From the NCBI RefSeq assembly GCF_009914755.1, contig NC_060934.1: 64,000 nt of DNA, one strand, 5' to 3'. The notes under the pieces are model-generated. The model was not told the DNA's origin, did no database searches, and saw only the letters and a list, made by a program, of their open reading frames with translations. A program made the position numbers and the translations under genes. This stretch comes from the human T2T-CHM13v2.0 reference genome, Homo sapiens. The stretch's first letter is position 1. Each line of letters starts with the position of its first letter. Positions 13,650-24,092 of the stretch are shown in pieces.

Positions 13650-14290
13650 CTGTCAACAATTATTTATTGAGCATGTATTATGTTCCAGGCATTGTGGATA
13701 ATGATGGAGAAATCATGGAGAACAAGACAAACAAAGACCCTATCTATGGAACTGCAGTCTAGTGGAAGAAAGTATAAATCTCTAACTCATCATATCTGAA
13801 ACTTATTATCATCTCCTCCAACACACTCCCTCTGAATTCTCATGAGTCATGTAGACTTTTGAAGTCAAGCTGAACTCTTTCCTTTTCCTCACTCCTGATG
13901 GCAAAAAATTCACTAATTGTATCAATTATTATTTGTATTACAAATCTTATCTACGAATTTTGTGAAATTTTATTACCCAGTCCCTTTATTTCTATTCAGA
14001 GTAGACACTGTATGTAAGTTTTTAAGCCCCAGTTCCCTTTCAGCATGCCACTCCCATAAAAGCTCAATCTTAAATCAATCCAGCACCACTGCTAAACTAA
14101 GTGTGATGAAACCTGCTTGTAAAAATTGCATAATTGTGTTGATTTCTGTTCTGATAAATTAATGGCTTCCAACCTCATTTAGGACGTCCCTGCTACCAAG
14201 GTATCTCTTTGTCAGTAACCCGTTTCCTTTTCTGTTTCTCAACACAACTATTCTAAAAAATACAACTCTTCCTTGAACGATACTTTATTC
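13650..14290. mobile_element. L2 remnants (antisense 3' end at about 13650-13770; sense internal pieces at about 13790-14290)
   Basis: CAACAATTATTTATTGAGCATGTATTATGTTCCAGGCATTGT (L2 tail) and decayed L2 ORF2-like sequence around 14050-14200. Confidence 0.6.
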
Positions 14291-14469
14291 TCCCCCAGAA
14301 CAGGATAACTCTTGGGGACACAGAACAAAATGAGAGAAGTAAAGGCAATAGAGTTCATCAAATAGAACTTGTTCTCTTTATGACTTGTACTCTTGTATTC
14401 TTGTACTCTTTATGACTATTTAGACACATCTGAATTCAGATTTTTTTCTTAAGTTCTCATCTCAGGGAG

Positions 14470-15530
14470 TATGGGGAAATTAATAGATAAATACTTCATA
14501 AAGTGAAATTAACAGACATATATCCCAATAACAGGGAATTTGCTTTCTTTGCAAACACTCAAGAAATAGTCTCCTAAATGTTAACATTGAAACCCCATAA
14601 TACTGTCTTTCCTGATAATATTGTAATAAAACTATAAGTTGAGAATAAAAACAAGTAAAATATCATCATTTTAAAATTTTCAAAATTACACATTGAAAAA
14701 ATGAAATTATAAAATATTTAGAAATAAAAATAGTGAAACAGTACATAGCAACATTTTTGAGATAAAGTTGTACTCAGAGGAAAACTCAGTTTTAAACATT
14801 AACAATAATAAATAAAGATAAATAATAAATAATGAGGAAAAAATAAACATTCTAACGGAAGGTTGGAAAAAGAAGAATAACAGATTTCAGCTGGGCAATG
14901 GGTTGACGGTAAGCGACCACACATTTAAGCATACAGTTTAACTTATTTGGTGTGAGTAGTCAATTATACCTAATGCAACATACTTGAGGTGGGCACATAG
15001 ATCAAGAAGAAAAGCAGCACTTTTTGATGCATTTTTTTCTTGTCCCTACTTTTTGTACAAGGTTTTTACACTGGTGATACTTTTTATGCAGTCAACACCT
15101 TTAAAGGGTTGAGAAAAACAGCTAAATTTTTGCTGAGTTACCTTCTTTATATCCTCAGGTCTTCATATCCATCCTGGAAGTGCTTGTACAACCAGTATAA
15201 GTGCTTCTGCTTGGAGGAATGTTTAAAAGTATCGGGATAACTCAGTCATGTCTTGATCGGTAAAGAAAGCTGTACATATCTAAGTATCCCTGATTAACAT
15301 GTCTAATAATAGGCCTGGAGCCACCTCTTTAGTGTTCATGAAAGCTGCTCTCCATATAACTACAAGAAAAATCAGGAAATAATAGCAATAAACATGAAAA
15401 TTAATTACTTGAAAAATAGAAAACTAAAATTGATCATTGGTTTTATAAAAGAGCCAATAAAACAGTGTAGCCTAATCAAGAAAAAAGAAAACTGGGAAAT
15501 AAAGACAGTGGAGAAAACATAATATCTGAA
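14470..15530 (+). mobile_element. Ancient L1M ORF2 remnant, interrupted at 14882-15356
   Basis: A-rich L1 ORF2-like runs (CTCAGAGGAAAACTCAG, AGCCTAATCAAGAAAAAAGAAAA) continuing on both sides of the insert. Confidence 0.6.
14882..15356 (-). mobile_element. Probable solo LTR, family not assigned
   Basis: 475-bp block of different composition interrupting L1M, flanked by TAAC on both sides; ends TATGG...AATCT are one change each from TG...CA. Confidence 0.45.
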
Positions 15531-17489
15531 ATGTTTAAATGGGGCTATGGCTGTAACTAAGAATTGTGAAGTTTATTTTTTTTTTCTTCTACTTTATTGT
15601 CCAACTCCCTCCACTTCCTGGACACCCATACTTTGCCAGTATTTGCTTTCTCAGCTTCTCAAGAGCTTATTTTCTGTAAGCAGGTTGTATCTATGTATTA
15701 GCTCAGATAAGAAGTTATCTTGTACTCAGTAAATCTATGGAATGAGGTACTGTCGCTGGGCTTCCCTCAGTTACCTGGAAAGAGAGGAACATGGTGAAAA
15801 CAATTGTCCTTCCAGTTAATCGTCCTTCCAGCTTAATGCTCCAGGCTACTTCTGCCACATTGGGCCTAAGAGCTAATTATAGGTGCTCATTGTGCTTGTT
15901 CAGACTATGTCCTGTGGCTTAAGTCATGTACAGAACAAGAACCTCAAATTATGGTAGCATTGTCCATTTGCTTGCTGTTGATTTCCTTTTCTCCAAAGAC
16001 CTGAGAAAGAGTGGAGTTGAAGAGAATCAGTGCAGATTTTCTGGTGGCAAAGTTTACTCATTTATGTCATATTCATCTGTCTTCCCCCATTTAACAATTT
16101 TAATTTATATGGTTTTATGAAATCCATTATGTATCCCTAATTTTAGCACCAAGAAATTAAATCTCCTGACTTATAGCCCATTGCTTTTTTATTTATGTTT
16201 TAGAGAATTAGGACTGAAGACCAGAGAAAATCTTTGTATTCCTTGGCAGATCCTAAATGTATTAAGAGTATTATTTTAAAAGCAGGTAGTTATTAAAGTG
16301 TGCAAAACTCTGAGACAGGAATAATTCAAAAGGTTTGAAAGCCATCTGTTTTATTCTGTACTTAACAATAACATTAATTAATAATCCGCCATAACCTTCA
16401 TTGCTTTTTCAGCTTTTGGCTGTTGAAGTCCTTTTCACTGAAATATTTTAAGCATCAGAGCAGGGGAGACTATGCACCTGAATTAGGAAGAACAGATAGT
16501 CTGCGGGTCTTCATAGTCCACCCCTGTGAGCATGGCCATAGATGACTCCCCAATGTCCAGATGACCTCCTCTTGAGAAGTCAATCTAGTTGAAAATAATG
16601 GCATCAAGTGGAAACATTTTTGTTATATTTACAAATAAAAATATTCCAGTGTGGCAAGCAGGCAAAATCCTTATGATGTCAAATAGAGCTGAATAGACTG
16701 AAGTGACTCCTGTGTTTCTGTTTCCTTCCATTATTTTAATTTATGTAAATTGGCTTGTGAAAATTGAATACCTGAACTTTGTGGCACCATGATCTCCTAC
16801 TAATATTAAATCAAGTTCATGAATTCCTAGATGAAGGAAGCCTCTTCACACAATTAATGGCCAAGATATTATTGGGCTGAAGAAAGACTATCCAAAGGTT
16901 TCCTGATATACCACTGTAAGATGCTATCTTCTGATCTAATTTAATGTAGCTCAACAAACAATGATAGGGCAGAGTATTTGAGCCTAATGCTGAGCCTAAT
17001 GCTGGCTAATCCAGAATAATAGCCATGATGTAATTTAGCTGTTAGAGGTAAGTGTAACACAGAAAAAATCATGTTTTCACATAATTGGGTAATTCATTAT
17101 CAGTTGGATTCCAAAAAGAAAGTGGGTGCTCTCATACCAGAAAACATAGGCAGAAAAGGGCTGCAATTTCAAACAAGAGAAAATATGTCATTCCAGTACT
17201 AGCAAGTAAGTAGGTGTTTTACTTTTAAAGGCATAGTAGGGGGATAAAAATCACTGTAGGAACTAAAGTGAAAGAGGGCTTCACGTATCTGTAGTGTACA
17301 GACAAAGAGTAGTAGGGACTGAACAAACAAATATTCTCCACATATCAAATAGCACTAAAAAAAAGAAACGATAGAACACAATGATAATTAGAGTGAGATA
17401 GGAAAGAGCAAATATTCAGACCAGATTGGAGAAGATCTACACTGATAATCTTCATTGAAAAGGAGCTCAAGGTTGATGTCATTGTCATA

Positions 17490-17720
17490 TTCATTACCAC
17501 ACATTATCATCATTTTACAGTATTAAGTGCTTAGTGTGAGTTAGTTCTATGCTAATTGATTTATTTTACTTAGCTTTTCCAATAAGAGTATGAGGTAGGT
17601 TCTGTTATGTCCATTCTATAGATGAGAAAATTGGGAAGGCAAACTGCTTTGCTCAAGCTCATGCTAATGTGTGTTACTCAATGAACCTCTGTTTGAATTC
17701 ATTTATCTTAATCTCCTCAC
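17490..17720 (-). mobile_element. MIR
   Basis: TATGAGGTAGG...CCATTCTATAGATGAGAAAATTG core. Confidence 0.7.
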
Positions 17721-18690
17721 TACGTGGCATTACCCATCTAATCCTCATCTACTCATTATTTCCCTGCAATTATATACATTTATGTTTAATTACACACAAT
17801 TCTGATGTCACATTAGATTCAGCTCTTCCCAAAGTATTCTGAGTTAAAATAAACTTCATAAAATTCAGGGTTAAAAATTATCTATCCAGGTATAGTTATG
17901 AATAGACATCCATACTGAATGGAGTCATTCTGTCTATTTTGGTTAAAATGTTGGTATTTAGACTTAGTACAAACCATTCCTTCACAAAAACTTCTGTTAA
18001 GAACAGTTCATTCTATCTGAGTAGGCTTCTCCTGTCATATTTAATATCATAATTTAAAGTCTCTCTTCAGTCACACAAAAATCCTCCTAGTGCAAGCATA
18101 TAAACTCAGCCACTGAGAAATCTGTTCTGTTGAAGCAATGCAAAAGACTTTTAAGGTCAAAATACATTTAACATCTTCAGTCCTTTTCTTTTTGCTGGTT
18201 CTTTCAAACTGATATGAATTGTCCTTTGTGCTCTGGGTTCTCTGAAAAGAAAAAACTGGTTTTATTAAAATCACTGTGATGGCATGGTCAGTGACACATC
18301 AGCTATGACATAGCTAGCCTGCTGTTCTTCTATATAGAATGCTGCCACTAGGTTTTTGGTCATCATTTTCTTCCAAAAATTTCTCTCCCACTGAGTCAGA
18401 AAAATGAATTCTTACTGTTTGTTTTGTTGGAAAGAAAGAAAAGTCCCAAATGATTGTCAGATGTCAAGTACATCATTTACATGTGGCTTTATTTGAATGC
18501 TTATTGCTGGGCCTCTATATGGAACCTGGAGATGGCTCTCTGATGAAGTAGATCTTCTCCTCCTTTTGTGATTTTTTTGTGCTTTGCATCCAAAGATCAT
18601 TAAAAACATTTTTCTTTCAGTCAGAAGATATTTTTTCTTTTAAACTTTGTAATCCTATAAAAATTGAGGAACAAAATTATTCACTGATTT

Positions 18691-19620
18691 CTTTTCTTTT
18701 TTTAAGATTATACTTTAGGTTCTGGGATACATGTGCAGAACGTGCAGGTTTGTTACACAGTTATGCATGTGCCATGGTGGTTTACTGCACCTATCAACCC
18801 ATCATCTAGGTTGCAAGCCCCACATGCATTGGGGATTTGTCCTAATGCTATTCCTCCCATTGCCCCCCACCCCCTGACAGGCCCCGGTGTGTGATGTTCC
18901 CCTCCCTGTGTCCATGTGTTCTCATTGTTCAACTCCCACTTATGAGTGAGAACATGCTGTGTTTGGTTTTCTGTTCTTGTATTAGTTTGCTGAAATTATG
19001 GTTTCCAGCTTCATCCATGTCCCTGCGAAGGACATGAACTCATCCTTTTTTATGGATGCATGGTATTCCATGTTGTATATGTGCCACATTTTCTTTATCC
19101 AGTCTATCATTGATAGGCATTTGTGTTGGTTCCAAGTCTTTGCTATTGTAAATAGTGCTGCAATAAACATACATGTGCATGTGTCTTTATAGTAGAATGA
19201 TTTATAATCCTTTGGGTATATACCCCGTAAGGGGATTGCTGGGTCAAATGATATTTTTGGTTCTAGATCCTTGAGGAATCACCACACTGTCTTCCACAAT
19301 GGTTGAATTAATTTACATTCCAACCAACAGTATAAAAATGTTCCTATTTCTCCACATCCTCTCCAGCATCTGTTGTTTCCTGACTTTTCAATGATTGCCA
19401 TTCTAACTGGCGTGAGATGTTATCTCATTGTGGTTTTGATTTGCATTTCTCTAATGACCAGTGATGATGAGCTTTTTTTCCTATGTTTGTTGGCCACATA
19501 AATGTCTTCTTTTGAGAAGTATCTCTTCATATCCTTTGCCCACTTTTTGATGAGGTTGTTTTTTTCTTGTAAATTTGTTTAAGTTCCTTGTAGATTCTGG
19601 ATATTAGACCTTTGTCAGAT
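18691..19620 (-). mobile_element. 5'-truncated L1 (L1PA8-like 3' end)
   Basis: 3'UTR TCATCTAGGTTGCAAGCCCCACATGCATT...; ORF2 C-terminus MFIAALFTIAKTWNQ...FAGTWMKLETII. Confidence 0.92.
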
Positions 19621-22600
19621 CTTTGTCAAAAATCTATGTGATTTTTTAAGAGCAAAGTATCACTTGTTCTAATCACAACTTAAAGGCACCTTGACTCATT
19701 TATATTCAAGACCTTTCAATGTCATTAAAAACAGTTTCCTAGGACACTTACTTTTCTGCTAACTCTAGTCTTATAATATTTTTCTCTTCTGCCTGGCACT
19801 TGGTTATAATATTTGTCTCCCATAGATACCATTTGGCCTCGTATTGGCTCTCAGTCTTCTTCGCTGAAGGTTCTGTTCATCTAGCTTTTCCTTCTTCTCA
19901 TGCCTCTGGTAGAATGCCTTGTTTTAGCTTAGGTTCTAAGAACCATACTTCAGTACTAGATCACTTGGTGAGTATCTTGGCTCTTTTCAAGATTCCAAAC
20001 CTTGTTTAGAATATTCATGTGACTACACATGTTCAAATTTTTTTTCGTAATTCTCCAGTTTCTTTCTAAAAAGAGCTAATGAAATGTCTGAATGATAGAG
20101 GCAATAGTTTTCTATTAGTTTGTTGGCTCTTTCCTAAAAACTAGGAGAAATTTTACTTTCATATTTATTTTCTGAATCACATGAATGAAAACTATATCAG
20201 CATTTATTAGGTAGGTAACAGATGGGGCAGTTACAGTGAAAAATCTAAGACAGCAAAACCTTTTGGTTGGAAGGACATTTTAACTGGAGGGATATTCTTC
20301 TGGGGCTAATAACATCAGTTTAATTCTTATAAATTTCACACTTTCTGATTTTTGACATTCTTTGAAGCTGAATGAAACTCTAGAAAAAAAGCAGTCACTT
20401 CAAAGCTTTCTTGTTGGCTCTTGATAGTTTCACCATTGGTCTTTCCATCTAAAGACGATTTAATAATATATCTGAGCCTTTTACCAGCAATATCAAAGCA
20501 CTGAACGCTCTTCTAGTCCAACCCTTAATAAGAACCTAACACAGGATACTGCATCACATTATCTTCCCAGTTTACTAGGACATTGGGAATTTTGAAGTTT
20601 AGTTGCCCAGGAGACTGGCTTATTTGGACTAATAGACATGAGAAACAACTTTAAAACACAAAGTAGTAAATAAGCAGTAAGTTGTCTTTTCCCTTAAACA
20701 TTACCTATCTTCCTCATTGTGAATAGTTACAGTATTGTATAACTTTCAGCATTATAATTTCAAGGTTTATGAAATCTTTGAAACTCAATTTCTTTGAGTT
20801 GGGTTTGCCTTGCAACTGAAGGCATACAGAAGTACATGCCTGTAGTAATGACATTTCTCATCTTCTGTTGGCCAGTGGTTACTTCAATGGTGACTGAGAA
20901 GTCACCACAGGGCACTGTATGGCGATAGACATCACATATCCTGGTTGTCCAGATAGCCACTATTTTCATAATAAATTCATTAAATGTACAGAGTTAAATG
21001 TGATTTTTTTTTGCCTATATAACACTTTTCCTATGAGTAAACTCAGAAATCAAGGGAAAAAATCCTTTACCAGTCTATCCTGACTTTTATTTTAAAAACA
21101 GTGTCATTGCAGCAGCTAATGTGCATTTGTAAGTTCATGCTAGAGAGTAATGTCAATAGTTTGTAAGCTCATGCACAGCTCTCATTTCAGCAGCCTAAGG
21201 AAAAGAGATGGTTAAGATCCTATGAAGCTTGGAGTTAGCCTTATTTTCACTTGCTGCAATCTGGTGAAACATTTCATTTTTATTCATTTTCTTCTTCTTC
21301 CATTTTTATGCACTGGCACCCTAGTGCTATCTGGAAGTGAATTCAATGGCTCAGAAGCTGTGATTCTGTAGCTACCAAAATGTGAGAAGCTGGAGTTGTT
21401 TACAGAAGGAGCTCTCCAATGCACCCTTGGCCATTTAAACCTAAGAATTATGCAGGCAGCTTGTTAATATCTTTAAATGCTTACTGTTTCTTTGCTAAGT
21501 GACTTAGGGCTTACTCACTTCAGGAATCACAACTAGCGTGGATCCCAGGGGCAAAGCACCACATGCGGTTGTGCTCACATTCCTGAATAGCTAGACAAGG
21601 CCTGCAACAACATGCTCCTCCTCAGGGGCCGGGCTGCAGCTGTGGTGGACTGAAAGGAAGTCACACGGCATCGCCTCCCAAGGTCAGACCTGCTGCAAGA
21701 GCAAGTCAGCAGCATGGGCGACCTTTGATATCTTAGTTCCATTTTTGCTGTTGAAAGACTTGGCTTTTCATTCTGACTCTAGCCTTATGTGGTGGTGTGT
21801 CTGTAAGGCCAGTGGATCAAGCCCTTCTGTGCAGGGCCAGAGGAAAAGCAGGCCCAGGGCTGTGGTGAGAGCCGGGCAGGAGATCAGCCCTCCACATGGG
21901 TCGGAAGCATGGCTCAGAAGGACCAACTGCCCCTTCCCCTTGAGGAGCAAGTATCTGCTGATCAACGAGGCAAGGGCAGGAGCCCCGCTGGCAACAGCCA
22001 GGCTGGAAATCTGCTATCTCCACAGGAGAAGCAACATTGCTGGGGCATTGTGTTCCTGGTATCTTCTACCCAGACCACACAGTAGAGAAACACCGTGGTG
22101 GAGAAGAAAAGTGTGAACGCTGACTTCTGTGTGCCAGGAGAGCAGAAAGGCCTAGCTCTGTGCCACTGCCCTTCTCAAAGTTCACAGTGCATCCGAAGTC
22201 TCACAGGGACCAGACTGGTGCCTTGGCCCTGCTTCTGCCTGTGAATGTCCACTTCTCACCATGGTATTTTGAGACAGCTTGAGCGCTGTCTCCCAAGCAG
22301 CACGCAGTCACCACTGGCAGTGATGCAGACACGCATGAGCCAGGGAGATGGAGCTCAAGCCCAGCGCCACCTCGGACAGGGGTCCCGGCCCAGCGACTGC
22401 CTTGTGGTGTGGCTGTCCTTGTTCTGCCACAGGGAGACAGATCTCAAGGGATCACTTGCACAAGGCCTCCTGACTAAAGAGTAGAGCTGGGATTTGGACG
22501 CAACAGTCGGGCTCCAGAACTGTGATTTCAACTATGGGGTGGTTGCAGGAATGAGAAGGATTCTGTTCTAAAGCTCAGTATATGCTGTCTTATTACCTGG

Positions 22601-22988
22601 TTTCCCACTGAGAAAATACGTGTCTTAAGTGGAAAGTGGTATCTATTCCTCCAGCCACCTGAAAGTGCTGCATTTGTAACAGCATAGGTGCTGTAGCTTC
22701 CTAGCCATCCTGCTCTTACCCACCCCTCTGCACTGTAAAAGGCATCCACTGTTTTGTAAACACACAATTGCTTTCCAGAAAAAAAAAAAAAATTACTGTT
22801 TCTACCTATGTACTTTCTGAATCAATGAATAATTGTTATTTAATAGAATTATAATAAAGGCAAACATGATAGAGAAGAAATAACATATTTCAAGTAAAAT
22901 ACACAAAACTTCATCTCCAAGTAACTAGAACACTAATGCAATTCCCCATTCGTTGTACCATTTGTACCATTGTACCATCGTTCCATTT

Positions 22989-23138
22989 CAGGCTGGAAAT
23001 CTGTTATCTCCCCAGGAGAAGCAACATTGCTGGGGCATTGTGTTCCTGGTACCTTCTACCCAGACCACACAGGAGAGAAACACCGTAGTGGAGACGCGAA
23101 GTGTGAACGCTGACTTCTGTGTGCCAGGAGAGCAGAAA
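22989..23138 (+). repeat. 150-bp direct copy of 21999-22148
   Basis: Ungapped alignment at offset 990, 8 mismatches by hand count. Confidence 0.97.
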
Positions 23139-23353
23139 ATGTGTGTGCTCTAAGGCCTGTCCCAATATGAGGAAGCTACTTCAGAGTACTTTGAGATAGT
23201 ACTACTTCATTTTATAAACATTTTCTGGAATTGGTTGCAGGATGGAAGTGAATCATTTCTGTATGGGACATAATTTGTAACTGTTTCTGTTATTTTCATA
23301 AAAACCTATGCTTATTCTCAACTGTAATGTTTCTAATGTTGAAAAAGAGGTGG

Positions 23354-23649
23354 GGCCAGGCACGGTGGCTCACATCTGTAATCCCAGCACTTTGGGAGGC
23401 CGAGGTGGGCGGATCATGAGGTCAGGAGATCAAGACCACCCTGGCTAACACAGTGAAACCCCATCTCTACTAAAAATAGAAAAAATTAGCCAGGCGTGGT
23501 GGCGGGTGCCTGTAGTCCCAGCTACTTGGAAGGCTGAGGCAGGGGAATGGCATGAACCCGGGAGGCAGAGCAGAGATCGCACCGCTGCACTCCAGCCTGG
23601 GCAACAGAGCGAGACTCCATCCCAAAAAAAAAAAAAAAAAAAAAAAAAA
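23354..23649 (+). mobile_element. AluY with an 11-bp right-arm deletion
   Basis: GATCATGAGGTCAGGAGATCAAGACCACCCTGGCTAACAC; GGCAGAGCAGAGATC lacks TTGCAGTGAGC; TSD AAAAAGAGGTGG / AAAAGGAGGTAG. Confidence 0.94.
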
Positions 23650-23782
23650 GGAGGTAGGAAGTCACTAAAGTATTTTTGTCATTAGCGTCTCTTTTAAATA
23701 AGGCTTTTATTCTTATTATTTCAGCCCCACAGTGATCTGAAACTTGGGCAGTTTTCCATTCTAAAGCCAGCACAAAACCAAC

Positions 23783-23910
23783 CTTTCTTCTCTCTTCCCT
23801 CTCTTCTTCTCCCCTTCCCTTGTCCCCTTGCCCTTTGCATCTCCTGATTTTCTTCTTCTCTCCCTCCCACGCTTTTCTTTTTTTCCCACCTCTCACTTCC
23901 CACTTTTTGA
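23783..23910. repeat. Pyrimidine-rich low-complexity tract
   Basis: About 125 bp, almost entirely C/T on the + strand. Confidence 0.75.
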
Positions 23911-24092
23911 TCTCAAACATATATTAAGCTCTTGTGTGGCAAACACGGAACAGGTTATAGAGACACAAGAACAAATAAGATGTTATCACTGACTTTGAAT
24001 TGTACATAATGTAAAAAAATGTTTTCAAACTTTGACTGGGCCCATCGTAAGGAACACATTTTACCTTGCAATTCAGTACACACCTGCACACA

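Noticed and set aside
12874-14162. Two ORFs sharing CHSHKSSILN...CIIVLISVL as a paralogous peptide family
   Set aside because: The similarity is fully explained by the 154-bp DNA duplication; non-ATG starts and repeat-derived context.
14882-15356. Mitochondrial rRNA insertion (NUMT)
   Set aside because: Only a short GGGATAAC resemblance; no extended match to recalled 12S/16S sequence.
23560-23580. AluYd subfamily assignment from the deletion
   Set aside because: The Yd deletion is in the left monomer; this is an 11-bp right-arm loss between GAGC repeats.
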